From assembly GCA_951406725.2 (NCBI GenBank), contig OX597821.1, positions 2,356,001 through 2,420,000 on the forward strand: 64,000 nucleotides of DNA, written 5' to 3'. This DNA is from Octopus vulgaris. Lineage: Eukaryota. Each line of letters starts with the position of its first letter. Positions within the stretch are counted from its first letter, which is position 1. Below the pieces are notes generated by a model. The model was not told the origin of the DNA. It saw only the letters and a list, made by a program, of their open reading frames with translations, and did no database searches. Of the stretch, positions 39,136 through 53,546 are shown in pieces. The position numbers and the translations under genes are program-made.

Positions 39136-39201
39136 TTTGTGCGTGTGTGATGTTGATAGATACATACAGATATTTGTATATAAAATGTATATATGACGTA
39201 A

Positions 39202-39247
<46 letters not shown>

Positions 39248-39248
39248 G

Positions 39249-39310
<62 letters not shown>

Positions 39311-39322
39311 CATACATACATA

Positions 39323-39366
<44 letters not shown>

Positions 39367-39846
39367 ACACTCGTATAGCATATATATTCACCGATACACA
39401 ATTGTACATACATCCTTCTCACTCCTCCTTCTCCTACTTCTACTTCTCCCTCTGCTTTTGTATTTTGATACGCATATACACACACATAGATACATACATA
39501 CACACATTTGTGTATGTGTATATATATATATATATGTATGTATATGTATATGGATATAGTTCGTGGCTAGTTATCGTCTTCCCGAGAGAACAATATAATT
39601 GTTAATTAATACAATGTAACTTAGGCATATATACATATTTATTCCCCCGGAACTCCAAACACCCACTCGCACACAAGCACGCACATACACATGCACACAC
39701 GCACATTATTAAATTTACCAGCATATACACCCATACACATCTATACTTTTACAAACATATGTATTAATCCATGTTCTTGTGTTAATAGGCATATATGCGT
39801 ATGTCCACATATCCACACACATATGTATCTATATGTATGTATTTAT

Positions 39847-39894
<48 letters not shown>

Positions 39895-39910
39895 GTAGAC
39901 ACATACTTAC

Positions 39911-39945
<35 letters not shown>

Positions 39946-40469
39946 TATGTATGTATATACACACGGAAACACACATATGTGTATGTGTGTATGATTCGCT
40001 ACTCTTTGTAATGGGTGACTCACCTCACTTCAATACAGAGGCGTTTAGAACACCGAATAACACTTTCTTTGTTAGAGATATTAGTTACAATAGTCTCCAT
40101 GGCAACGATATTAATCTTATCCTCCACACCCTACCACCTCTCAGCCCGCCGCCTCTATCAGTGTCTCTACCAGTCTGCCTATATATACCAGATCAATCGG
40201 ACTTTAGTCTAGCATTGTAATTATATCATACGATCTTATTGAATGTTTATCTGAATAATCTCCTTTTTAATATTACGTGCTGACATACATATACGCAGAC
40301 AGACATACATACATGCACACATGCAATCAATCTTGCGTATATACATGCAAACATGCATACATACATATATACATACATAGATATATGTATTTATATGCAC
40401 ACAATGCGTATCTATATTCATTCACACATAACATATACAAATATGTGTATCGGTTCTTATATTTGTATA

Positions 40470-40702
40470 TAAGCGCAAGAGTGTATGTGTGGTACGTAGC
40501 TTGCTTGCCAACCACATGCTTCCGGGTTCAGTCCCACTGGGTGGCAGCTTGGGCAAATGTCTTCTGCTATAGCCTCAGCCCGACCGAAGTGTATTTGGTA
40601 ACGGAAATTGAAAGAAGCTATATTCCTGAGGGTTATACTAATACATCTGTTTGTTTTGTACATCACCTGTCTTCGTCTTTTGTTTTTTTCGTAAACTTTC
40701 CC
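40470..40702 (+). mobile_element. CORE-type SINE 5' half fused to a PLE 3'-end fragment
   Basis: SINE body runs to ~40618, then ctattcctgag..ctaatacatctg..gtaaactttccc(TA)n as at 35960-36043. Confidence 0.7.
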
Positions 40703-40717
40703 TATATATATGTATAT

Positions 40718-40817
<100 letters not shown>

Positions 40818-40834
40818 ATGTGTGTGTGTATGTG

Positions 40835-40888
<54 letters not shown>

Positions 40889-40962
40889 CGTGTGTTTGTC
40901 CCCCCCCTTACATTGCTTGACAACCGATGGTGGTGATGACGTCTATATATATATATGTATAC

Positions 40963-40994
<32 letters not shown>

Positions 40995-41029
40995 TTATAC
41001 TTATTATGCAGATTATGTTTTCAACACTC

Positions 41030-41400
41030 GTCGGCGTGACTGTGTGGTAAGATACTTACCACCCAAACAAATGGTTCTGGGTTCAATCCCACTTTGGGGT
41101 AACCTGGGCGTGTGTCTTTTACTATAGCATCGGGCCGAATATACTCTTGTGAGTGGATTTGGTAGGCGTAATTTGAAAGAAATATATTTACATATGTATA
41201 AATCAATGTGTGCCCTCTCTCTGCCCCCGATCATCGCTACAGTTGTCTTTTTGCCCCTGTAACCTAGCGGTTCGGCAAAAGCGACCGATACAATCAATAC
41301 TAGGCTGAACAAAAATATTTGGGGTTCAATTTGTTGGCCTAAAACTCTTCAAGGTGATGCGCCTGCATGTCCGCAATCATATATCAGAAACAATAGAATA
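41030..41400 (+). mobile_element. Diverged full-length CORE-type SINE
   Basis: Colinear with 57570-57973. Confidence 0.7.
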
Positions 41401-41514
41401 AAAAAATAGAATAAAAAAACATGTTACGTATACACACACACACACATACAAACACATACACACAGATATATACACACACACTCTCACACATACATACATA
41501 CATTTATATATATA

Positions 41515-41798
41515 TGGTTAGAGCAGCGGACTCGTGGTCTTAGGATCGCGTTTTCGATTCCCAGAGCTGGCGTTGTGAGTATTTATTGAGCGAAATCACC
41601 TAAAATCTCCACGACGCTCCGGCAGGGGATGCATGACCCCTGTTGTACTCTTTTACCACTCTTTCTCCCACTCTTTCTTCTGTTGGCCTGCTCGCTTAGC
41701 CAGCGGGGTGGCGTCATTCGAAGGCTAAAACAATGCGAAGGCATTGTGACCAGCGATGTGTAACAACATCTGATGGTCTGGTCGGTCACGTGATCACG

Positions 41799-41803
<5 letters not shown>
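41515..41803 (+). mobile_element. tRNA-Arg-like SINE
   Basis: Reverse-complement homologue of 31573-31872. Confidence 0.85.
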
Positions 41804-41843
<40 letters not shown>

Positions 41844-42005
41844 GATACAAAGTGAGATAGGGGTATGTGTGTAACCCACTATGGGATATCATTTATCCAA
41901 TATACTGCCAGTGAAGTACCCAAAAGGCTAAGACATAAATGCAATTAGTTCATTTATTGTATTATATGGGCGAAGGTAAAATGTTTTACCACAAATTCAT
42001 AATAC

Positions 42006-42152
42006 AAAATAAGAAAAATGGAGGAATAGATTCCTTTCAATCATCAACTTACAGATAATACCAATTCATATTATTTATTAACTAATTAAATAGGAACATA
42101 CAAATCCAACAGAGATGATTGTAAGGAATCTATTCCTCCATTTTCTTATTTT
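42006..42152. repeat. Inverted repeat, ~39-bp arms, ~68-bp spacer
   Basis: aaaataagaaaaatggaggaatagattcctttcaatcatc / gatgattgtaaggaatctattcctccattttcttatttt. Confidence 0.85.
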
Positions 42153-42860
42153 ATATACATAGATATATATCTATATATCTATGTATATATACATACATGC
42201 CGGCATACATTCATTCGCAATCGTAGTTATCTATGTTTGTGTGAATGTGTAATTGTAATTTAGGAGAGATGTCACGCGTCTCACAAGCGCGTAATGAGAC
42301 GCGAAAGCAGACAGCCATTTAGAGAGACAGAAAAACAACCAGACTGACAGACTGACAGACCTATGGATAGATATACAGATAGATCGATAGTTTGCTAAGG
42401 AAATAAAGAGAGAAAATTTGAACTCCTAGTAAGAGATAAATGGCTTTGATGAGAATGATTTCTGAATGTCTGTGTATTCGTATGTGTTCCATGTTCCATA
42501 TTCTACATCGAATTAGAGGAATGTTTCTTTGGACCCCAAAGACCGCAAGAATTTTGCGTGGTGGTGGATTTTGCGGCATTTCTCGTATTCAGCGTATCTA
42601 ATTTTCGCCATATTGTTTTTGCAACACATGGTTCCTTGATGCATGTATCGATACTAACACACTTTACAAATCTTTGGTTTTGCAGAATTTAAATAAATCA
42701 TCAACAACAACTTGACAAGTTGACACAGAACAATGATCAAATCATTACATGGTCATTCAACCGGAAAGAACTAACAGACGATTCCTTTTCTAATTATATT
42801 CTGGCATCTGAAAACATAATGTATACATCTACATACATATGTCTGCAAATTAAAATAACA

Positions 42861-42927
<67 letters not shown>

Positions 42928-43139
42928 CTGGAAACATTTGATCATAGGTGATTGGTATAAATGTGACTGATGAATAAGAAGAATGAGGAAAAATTATACA
43001 GACTCAAATAAATAGCGTTAAATATATGTGTATCTGTCGTATATGTGTGTCTGTGTGTCTAGGCGTGTATCTATCTGTCTCACACAGATACATATATACA
43101 CTCAGACTCATACACTTATACACACATATGCATATATAT

Positions 43140-43422
43140 ATATATATATGCATATATTTATGTATGAGCGTATGCATGCATGCATTCGTGCATGTATGTA
43201 TGTAGGTATGCATGTATGTATGTATGCATGCATGTATGTATGCATATATGTATGTATATGTGTATGTATGCACGCATACATGCATGTATGCGTGCATACA
43301 TACACATATACATACATATATGCATACATACATGCATGCATACATACATACATGCATACATACATACATGCACGCATGCATGCATGCATACGTTCATACA
43401 TAAATATATGCACATATATATA
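43140..43422. repeat. Spacer-less imperfect palindrome (~140-bp arms) of TATG/TGCA low-complexity DNA
   Basis: Apex CATG|CATG at 43282/43283. Opposite-strand ORFs in the track give the same peptide. Confidence 0.85.
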
Positions 43423-43718
43423 CATACATGCATAAATGCATACATACAAGCGCACATGCATATATATACACACAGAGATTGGCGCAGGAATAGCTATGTG
43501 GTAAGTTTACATCCCGACCACATGTTTCTGGGTTCATTCCAACTTCACAGCATCTGGGGCAAGTATATATATATATGTATCTGTGTGTGTGCGTGTGTGG
43601 TTGTGTGTTTGCCTTTGTGTCTATGTTTGTCCCTCATCACCGCTTCACACGTGCACACACAAATATACACATTACATGCACATATGTATACAAATGTGTG
43701 TGTGTATGCATGTATGTA

Positions 43719-43794
<76 letters not shown>

Positions 43795-43867
43795 GACAGA
43801 TACATAGATATAAAGATAGATAGATAGATAGATAAATAAATAGATAGATAGATATATAAATAAATAA

Positions 43868-43953
<86 letters not shown>

Positions 43954-44744
43954 GTAATGTTATACGTATTATTACGTTTTATAAATTCGATAACGGTAAT
44001 AATAAATAAATTACGATTATAAAACATGCAAAAATATTAGGATGTATCGTAGTGTATTTGACATTTAAATGGCCGCTAGAATTCCAGGTCGTTGCAATAG
44101 CATTTTCGTGTATATAACAGGCAATAATGTTGTAAATCCTTCACGCCAGCCATATTTTCATACAATATATGTTTGAATGGGTGATTTACCCTTTATTTTA
44201 GACGATTTTTATCTGTCTAGCTTCCTATGAAATATATCATTGGTGGCAACGATTGTGAAAAGGATATATGCAGGAAAAATTATTACAGATAGTTCATTAT
44301 TCTGTAAAAAACAAAAAATGGGTCGAGAATATCTATCAAATATGTCGTAGAAGGGACTATGAATGATGGAAAGAGGTTACAATCTTTAGGGTGACGCAAA
44401 TAGTGCTGATTGCCGTTGTTTTTATGGATGAAGATAATGATATCTGTTGTGGTGGCCGTAGTTGGAGTGGTCAATTTTGTTCTTTTTTTTAGTGGTGTGA
44501 GTGAAAATGACGTTCATGTCGATGATTTTGATGCTGATGTTCTCGACGTTGATGACGATAATGATGGTGATGATGACGACGACAGCAATGAAGTACGATA
44601 AGTCAGGTGATGGCGGCGGTAGTGTTGGTAGTAGTGGTGTAGGTGGCGATGCTGGTGGCAGTAGCGGCGGGGGCGGTGGTATTTCTATACGTAACGATGG
44701 TGGCTGTCGTGACGCTCGTAATGTTAAAGATAACAGTAAGGCGG

Positions 44745-45160
44745 CGAGATGGTATAATCGGTAACATGTCTTAGCACGCCGGGCGAAATGTTTAGCGGTA
44801 TTTCATCTGCCTTTACGTTCTGAGTTCAAATTCCGCCGAGGTCGCCTTTCCTTTTCATCCTTTCGGGGTCGATAAATTAAGTGCCAGTTGTGTACTGGGT
44901 TCGATCAAATGAAATGACCCCCTCCCCAAAAATTTCGGGCCTTGTGCCTAGAGTAGAAAAGAATCGGTAACACGCTGGACAAAATGTTCAACGGCATTAC
45001 ACCTGTCTGTTGACGAAATTCCAAATTCCAAATTCCTCCGAGGCTGATTTTGCCTTTCATACTTTCGCAGTCAATTAAATGATGGCTAGTGGAGCACTGA
45101 CATCGATGTAATCGACTTAACCCCACCATCGAAATTGCTGGCCTTGTGCCAAAATTTGAA
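44745..45160 (+). mobile_element. Two tandem Meta-like SINEs
   Basis: Copies at ~44745-44962 and ~44963-45160. Confidence 0.8.
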
Positions 45161-45194
45161 ACCTCGGACGATGATGTGCTGAACATTTCCTCAT

Positions 45195-45374
45195 TATGGG
45201 TAAAAGAAAATACAAGACGATGATTTAATTATGATTTTATTCAAAGTATTCCCCTCTCACTGATGCGGTTCTTCACCTTTTCTAAACCCTGTAAAAAAGA
45301 ATCTGAATGTTGGGCATCTAACCAGGCCTTTCGCGATACCCTTATAGCAAGGATATTTTCGGCATCCCTCCTAT
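45195..45374 (-). mobile_element. Probable mariner-derived MITE
   Basis: Minus strand encodes a mariner C-terminus-like tail (FFTG...RGEYFE*) after a TA-start tataggagggatgccgaaaa terminus. Confidence 0.45.
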
Positions 45375-45884
45375 ATGAAAGGTAGCAGTATTGGTTTTAT
45401 GACTTGTGATAATACTGGATCCCAGCGTGTAGCAGCTTGGACAAATGTCTTTGTGAACGTAGCCTAGGAATGACCCAAGTTTTCCGTATAAATTTTAGAC
45501 GGTGCAAACTGTGGATTCTCTCCCAAATGGAATGATATCTGCAATTCGAAAGACCCAAGCTTTCTCACATTCTGTGTTCGGCAGATTCGTCGAGTGACCT
45601 GCATCATGTGTGCACATGTTTCTCGAGTACTCAGATTCTTTCATGTTCGAATGAAGGGTCGGGCATTCACATCATTGATCCCACAGAACGCCTATCACCC
45701 ATGATATTCATACATGGTATACGTCTTTGCTGTTGTTGCTGTTGCTCTCGTTGTTGTTGTTTTGCTGTTGCTGTGGTGTTGTTTGTGTTGCTGTAAATGT
45801 TATTGATGTTGTAGCTGTTATTGTTGTTGGTAGTGTTGCCGTTGTTTTCTGTTCCAGTCCTTGCTGCTGTTGTTGTTGCAGCTT

Positions 45885-46085
45885 ATTTCTTTACTGCTCA
45901 CAAGGGGCTAAACATAGACCGACAAAGTGATTAAGTCAATTTCATCGATCCCAGTGCGTAACTGGTACTTAATTTATCGACCCTGAATGGATGAAAGGCA
46001 AAGTCGACCTCGGCGGAATTTGAACTCAGAACGTAACGGCAGACGAAATACGACTACGCATTTCGTCCGGCGTGCTAACGGTTCT
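45885..46085 (-). mobile_element. Meta-like SINE
   Basis: Reverse complement of the family at 23357-23575. Confidence 0.85.
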
Positions 46086-46571
46086 GTTGTTGTTTCAGCT
46101 GTTGATGCTATTCTGTTGTTGCTGTTTATTCCTTGGCGAACCTTTACCGACAAAACCAGTTGTCACAATTCTTACAGCTCTGACCTTTCCAATATATTCT
46201 CGAACACAAGATACCCACGACCACATTGCAAAAACGTAAAGCTTCCCACGAAATGAAGGTGGGTGGGTGGGGGGTTAGCGAATTTGTGTGCTATTTTTAA
46301 CAGGTCAAGTTAACACATAAATGTTCTGTTATTAGCTTGTTGGTGACGCAGAATACAGTTCTTACCGTGTTGCGTATGTTGATATTACGGAGCGAAAATT
46401 ACGAAGAAATTGCTGAGTTTCGTTGCTGTGAAGATATGGATTTAATGATGCTGGGGTGGGGTGGGGGTGGGGGACCACGTATTCATCAAGTTTTTACTTC
46501 TACTGCTTAAACTGCAGAAGAAGACAGAGTAAGATGTTATTAGTTATTGTGTAACGAAACTTGAGTTAGAA

Positions 46572-47430
46572 AGGATGAAGATTATGATGATGATGATGAG
46601 GCTGCTGCTGCTGCTGCTGATGATGATGATGATGAAGATGATGATGACGATGATGAGGAGGAGGAGGATGAAGATGATGATGATGATGATGATGAATGAT
46701 GTTGACGATGATGTTATGGCGATGATGATGATGATATTCATGTTGATGATGATGGTGATGATGAAGAAGAGGATGGCTACGAAAATCCTGATGATGATGA
46801 TGACGATGATGATAATGATGGTGTAAAATAACAATAATGAAGGAGCGGAGGGGGCACACGGTATTCTTAGTAAGGGCAGTGGTGTTCACGGAGACGGGGC
46901 TGGTGGACTGCTTGTCATGTTGATTATGATCGTAGTGATATTGGCGACGATGATGATGATGATGATGATGATAAGGATAAAGATTATTACTGATAATGAT
47001 AATGATCATGTTGATGATGGTGAAGATGGTGGCGATTATGATGATCAAGAGGATGATCATGAAGATTATGATGACGAACATGTTCATGACGACAATGATG
47101 CTGTTGTTGAAGATGATGATGACGATGATGGTGATGATGCTGATGATGACGGCAATGACGAATATCATGAGGACAACGACGACGATAATGATGATGATGA
47201 TGATGATGACGACGATGAAGATGCTGTTGAAGATGATGATGATGATGGTGGTGATGACGACGATGAAGATGTTGTTGAAGATGATGAGGATTATGGTGGT
47301 GAGGATGATGATGATGATGGCAATGACATTAATGGTGATGACGAACTTATTCCTAGAGCTTGTTCGTTATTTGGTCGAGCAGTTGTTGTTGCTGCTGCTG
47401 TTGTTGTTGTTGCTGTTGGTGGTGGTGCTG
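46572..47430. repeat. Long imperfect (GAT)n/(GTT)n trinucleotide region
   Basis: Direct reading. It produces the poly-D, poly-M and poly-H pseudo-ORFs. Confidence 0.9.
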
Positions 47431-48396
47431 TCGGTTCGGCGCTAAAGACGAACAATATGGCTGAAATGATTAGGCTGACACCATTGTAAAGTTTTAATTG
47501 AAATCCGTCGGAGGACATACCGTGTAGAACATGCTACAATGAATCCCAGCGTGTTTAATGCATTTTTCCCTTCCAGTTTTTCTTTTTATATTTTCGAAAA
47601 ATATATTGTTGGTTTCGATATTATAATTAGAACATTGTTTTTAATTGAATCAGTGTTGTTGTTACTGTTGTTGCTCTTGCTGATAATGACATTTTTTTTT
47701 AGTATTATTAGTTATAGTTTCTGGTTGCTAATCGTGTTGGTGAAGTTGTGTGTGTTATGCTTGTTATCGGTGTCATCCCATTCAATTAATTTTCACAGAC
47801 ATAAAATTAGAATATATACTCACGGATGCAAACACAACGCATCCACATTTCCATACAGATATATGTACAAGTAAGCACATAAATTCAAAACAAGTTGGGA
47901 GGAAAAGTAGTACACAAATACCAAAGGTAGAGTTGTATACACTTTATTAATACCGAAAAAAATCTTCACGAACAGTTACTCAGTTACACGTTGCCGTTCG
48001 TCAGACACTTGTGATAATACTCCCACATTGTTTACTGGACAGTATGATACTAAATAATCACAATTGTCCAACTTACGGTAACGTTAAACTCCGAGTAGCC
48101 GTGTCTGAAGAGTTTGTTCTGCTATAATGAACAGTATATAAGTAAATACGGATATATTTGTTCAGCTTTAGTAAGCAGTATATGTATGTTTACCTCTCTC
48201 TCTCTCTCTCCCTCTCCCTCTCTCCCTCTTTATCTATTTATCTATCTATGTCTCTATCTATCTATCTATCTATATCTTTATATAATAGACGATAGACAAC
48301 TATACCTCGTTCTCATTCTTTCTAACACCTTGAAATCTATACCAAAATATTTACAAGCAAACTATATTAAAAGAAAATTTTAACAGAAGAACTCTA

Positions 48397-49860
48397 GGGT
48401 TCAGCTTTACTGAGGCAGGGTCTTGCACAGACACTGCATATCAGCATCATAGGAAGACTCTTACCATCTGGAAGTACAACAGCGATGCTCTTCCTAACAT
48501 TCCTCCTTACTTTCTCATGCGCGATTCGAGATTTCTCAAAAGTACCTGTTACTTCGAGTATAATCCTTCTACACTTGCTACGGTCAATAGCTATGCCCTC
48601 CCATATGCCAGGAGAGATGCAAGCATCTCTTAAGGAAACATTCATCAAGTCATTATATTTCTTTTTTAGTTTATGTAGAGGTCGTTCTCCTTTAGCTAAC
48701 TCCCCATAAAAGATTTGTTTTCGCATCCTTGTATCCTTCATTCTGACTAGATGACCACTCCATCTGAGCCTTTGCTTTAACACAAGAACTTCTATACTTT
48801 CACCCCGAGAGCCTTCGAGTATTTCAAGATCACTGATGCGGTCCTTCCACTTAATGCTATAGATCCGTCTGAGGCACATCTGATGGAAACGTTCCAGTTG
48901 TTTAAGGTGGTATCGATATGTGACCCACGTCTCGCAGGCATATAGAAGAGAAGGGAGCACACATGCCTTGTACACCTTTATCTTTGTCTTTCTGCATATG
49001 TCTCGCCGACTCCAGAGGCACTTTTCTAGCCTTCCGAAAGTAACACTTGCTTTCCTAATTCTATATGGAATTTCATCATCCACATTGCCATATCTATTAA
49101 TAGTGCTTCCCAGGTAGACAAACTGATCGACTACATCAAGTCGTTTACCATTCACATAGATATTTGGTACACTATACTGCTTACCAGGGGCAGGTTGGTA
49201 CGTGTCAACAGTTTTCATGAGACTGACTGTCAATCGTAAGGCAGCGCAAGCATCAGAGAATGCATTCAAATATGTTGCATATCAATCTTTGTGTGCGCTA
49301 CTAGATCACAATCATCAGCATACAAAAGGTCTCTTATGATTGAGGTAAATATCTTTGTTTTTGCAGCAAGGCGCCTGATATTAAATATATTGCCAGAGGT
49401 TCGATAATGGACGTAAACACCGTATCTGCAGTTTCTGAATACAATACAGAAAACCATCGCAAAATATATGGCAAATAGTGTCGGTGCCAGAATATCCCTC
49501 TGTTTCACTTCATTTAGTATTGAGACAGGCTCCGACGCTTTCCCTCTAACATTCACCCAACCATTCATGTCTTCATGAAAATACCTAACCAAAGCAAGGA
49601 AGTTTTCAGGACACCCACGTTTCTGGAGGACTTTCCACACTGCATTTCTATTAACAATATCAAAGGCTTTTGTTAGATCGGCAAACACCTGATACAAATC
49701 CAGACCCTGTTCCACACACTTTTCCTGAAGCTGTCTAGCTGAAAAGATCATATCAGCAGTGCCACGTCCCACACGAAAGCCAGATTAACTCTCTGGAAGA
49801 ACACAATCTGCAACGTGATTCAACAGACGATCCAGAAGTACTCTGCATAAGACCTTTCCT
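48397..49860 (-). mobile_element. RTE-clade LINE RT fragment (frameshift near 49266)
   Basis: GRGTADMIF..RQLQEK, DLTKAFD, ILAPTLF, LLYADD, FVYLGS, LLYACETW, RWSGHLVRM. Confidence 0.92.
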
Positions 49861-50882
49861 ACGACAGAAAGCAATGATATTATATATATACATACACATA
49901 TATGAATACATGTATGCCTGCACACACCTAGAAACCCATATGCACACATATAGTTACAGGCGCCTCTTTTGTGGTAATTAGTGCGCCTCTTAACAACATG
50001 GGTCGAAATTCAGTCCTAGTGAGTTGATGCTTCTGGTATAGCATCTGGTGCTATAGCACCAGACGGACCAAATGTGTATGAGGTCTGTGAGAGGGAACCT
50101 GAAATAAACCAACCTGTCGTATGTGTGTTTTTGTATTTGTCTCCATTACCGGTGTTGGTGTGTTTGCCTCCCCGTAACCTACTCATTCAGGTAAGAGATT
50201 TATAAAAAATAAGTATAGGTGTCGACTAAAATTCTTAATGACTGACAAGTAGGATTTAGAAGATAAAAACACGTATGTGTGTGTAAACGCGGAGGAGACG
50301 AAACAGGGACAACCGAGGAAGGGGAATATTCCTTGTGTTATATGTCTTGTACTCTGTTCTTTCGTTGTTTGAAAAAAAGTTCGTTTCTATGTTTTTTGTT
50401 TTTATGTTTTCGTTCCTGATTGTGTTCAACGTTTTTTTGATGTCCTGTACCCATATATGCATGTATATAAACATACAGATGTAGGTATGTACATATATGT
50501 ATGTATATATGCATATATTTATATATTATTTATGCTATATATATATATATATATAAATCATAAAAGGATAAAAGGAATTAATTGATTAATCAATAAACTA
50601 ATTAATAATTTTAGCAAGTAGATCGGTTCGTCAAAATAACCTTTTTAGGTAAAATTATACAAATATTCTATAATTCTAAACATAAATATAATTAGGGGTC
50701 AGCTAATTGCTTCACCTCATACAGAATTTAGAAACAGGAGTTAAAAATCCTTTCTAGTAACGTAAGAATTTCGCGGTCAGTAATACACTGTCTTGTAACG
50801 TAAAAAAGTGTTACTGTCTTGGAGTTTTTTACGATATTAAAAAAGGAATTTTTAACTCCTATTTCTAAATTCAGTACATACA

Positions 50883-50958
<76 letters not shown>

Positions 50959-51025
50959 TATATGTATGTATGTATGTACGTATGTATGTATGTAAGTATG
51001 TATATGTGTATGTATGTACGTATGT

Positions 51026-51282
51026 AAAGGGTAAAGACCCCCTTCGGTCATGAATGACCATCGGGATTGCACCTAGAAAGTTACCCTCCTAGACACAAGT
51101 CCGGGCAAGGTTGTTTATGGAAGACCAGCAGTCGCCCACGCATACCAGCCACCCCTCTCCACGCCACCAGTGTTATCCAAGGGAAAGACAAAGGTCGATA
51201 CAGCTTGGCACCTGTGACGTCGCAACTCATTTCTACAGCTGAGTGAACTGGAGCAACGTGAAATAAAGTGTTTTGCTCAAGA
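51026..51282 (-). mobile_element. SINE body/tail fragment
   Basis: Minus strand reads cttgagcaaaacactttatttcacgttgctccagttcactcagctg... and ends in ctttacccttt(ACAT)n. Bounded by microsatellites. Confidence 0.6.
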
Positions 51283-51378
51283 TGTATATATATATGTATA
51301 TATTTATGTATATATGTATGCATGTATATATGTGTATATATGTGTGTGTGTATATATAAGAGATAGATAGGGAGATAG

Positions 51379-51427
<49 letters not shown>

Positions 51428-52181
51428 GATGTGTAAGTGTGTGTAGATATATTGAATTTAAAGTGTATATTTGGTTGAAATTTATAGTATTCTTCCTTCC
51501 AATCTTGCACATAGCAAATATATTTAGATGCAACAGAACTTATGTCTCAGTGTTTAAAAGTTTGCTGTGATGTCATGATATATGACATGCATTGGATTAC
51601 GTGGATTAAGTGCAGGCAGGTTTTCCCTTGCTAATCGTAATCGGAATCAGTAAGGCGTGAGGAATCATGCCAGGCGTATTTATCTCTAGATCAAACGCAC
51701 ACTAGGAATCGCAGAACATAATTTCCTTTCCAGTTAAGGTAGCTCTGCTTACTTCGGAATGGATGCAGGGTAGACCTTGAGGGTTTTTCACAAAATAGGA
51801 GTTTGAAGAAAAATCTGGTACAAATAAAAACGAACCAAAAATAAAATCTGTATAAAAACCGATGGTACCCTGTTTGTCTAGAAGTGGACTTGCAAGTACT
51901 AGCGAGTCTGTTTCTGAAATGGCCTGGTCTTTTCATGATTCTGTATTCAGAGGGGAGAAACCCTGATCTCAGTAATATTGGTGTCTTTTACCAAACTACT
52001 AAGTTAAGAGGACATAAAGAAACCAACACCGGCCGCCAAGCGGATGGAGTACAAACTCAAATGCAAAGACATGCGCACAATCATTCTGTCTGTCTGTCTG
52101 TCTCTCTCTCACACAAATATACAAACCCATATATATGTATGTATGTATATATACTCGTGTGTATATGTGCATACTTACATA

Positions 52182-52230
<49 letters not shown>

Positions 52231-52929
52231 GCAAACATATATAAATATATAGATGTATACTTGCACACACACACACATATTATACAAAATTAGGATAAAA
52301 CCACTTTAATGATCAGGTGGCGGACCTAAAATAATAACTGTACGTAACAATTTATACTAACTTATTATCATATAATATAATTATATTAAGGATGCGGATA
52401 AACATCACCAACTCGCTATAAATAGACGCCAAAAGGCTCTAAAAACCCGTCTATACTCCATTAGCACAGGTTGTAAGCGGAGAGAAGAAAAAGTGAAATA
52501 GATTTTCTTGGAAAAATATGTTTAATTTTAGATCGATTTCTGGCTAAGGAATGTAAAATCCCTTGCTATCTTCAGAACAATATGGTTTTTATGTAACGCT
52601 GATCACTTGATAAAATCATAAAATTGGTTTTATCCTTAATTTAGTATAAAGTATGTATTTCTGGCTCCTGATCAAATTGCATTCGCTGCGAGATTATTTT
52701 GATCATAAAAGCACGTGCTTGAGATGCGTAAAATAAGAGTTTTGCTACTGTACACATGTAAATGTATGTACATAGACGTGCGGATATGTTGTTCGCATGG
52801 GTATAAATATTTGCATCGATATAATTTGGCATATTTTACTGAAAGCAGCAAGATGTTTTCCGACCCTGGTGGGGGTCTATCCGTACTCTTTAATATAATT
52901 ATATCATATATATATATATATAATGATAC

Positions 52930-53433
52930 ATACTCAAAGAGAAAACGACCATGTGGTTTACTTACATGCTAAAAATGGCAGTCAAAGCCTAAAACCAAGA
53001 AAGAATATTCTTACGTTAAATCACATTGATTTGTACGCGAGCAAGACATTTGAGTGAATGAGATATAGTAGAGTAAAAGGCGGTTCGCTGCCAGAAACAG
53101 CACACTGAGTGAACGCTTAGATGGGTTTTTTTTATCTGTCTTTACGTTATGAATTCAAATTCCGCCGAGATGGAGTTTGCGTTTCGGGGCCGAGAAATTA
53201 AGTACCATTTGCGTACTGGGATCGATCTAAGCGACTGGCCTCCTCCCTAAATATTTTGGGTCTTCTGCCTAGAGTACAAAAGAAAATATACAGCATAGTA
53301 TATTTTATTCACTCAAATGCCTTGCTGGCGTACAAATCAGCGTGCTTTAATGTAAGAATATTCTTTCATGGTTTTAGGCTTTGACTGCCATTTTTAGCAT
53401 GTAAGTAAACCACATGGTGGTTTTCTCTGCGTA
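52930..53433. mobile_element. Fold-back/MITE-like element (~138-bp inverted arms) with a Meta-like SINE (53078-53285) in its centre
   Basis: 52930-53068 is the reverse complement of ~53296-53433 (accatgtggtttacttacatgctaaaaatggcagtcaaagcctaaaacc). Confidence 0.85.
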
Positions 53434-53546
53434 TATGTTTAATACACTATTATATTTTAAAATGTTTATGTCTACTGACTCTTATTACGCAAGCTAACCA
53501 CTGGTAAATGTTTATTTAATAATTTCTACATTTATATTTATAAACT

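Noticed and set aside
42274-42303. 9-bp GC-rich hairpin cgcgtctca/tgagacgcg
   Set aside because: Single short stem with no supporting context, so it is compatible with chance.
46544-47489. Poly-Asp, poly-His and poly-Met ORFs resembling acidic or His-rich proteins
   Set aside because: Most frames are open only because of the (GAT)n repeat. There is no unique coding sequence or splice support.
47965-48012. CTGACGA hammerhead half-core on the minus strand
   Set aside because: No GAAA box or closing stems found.
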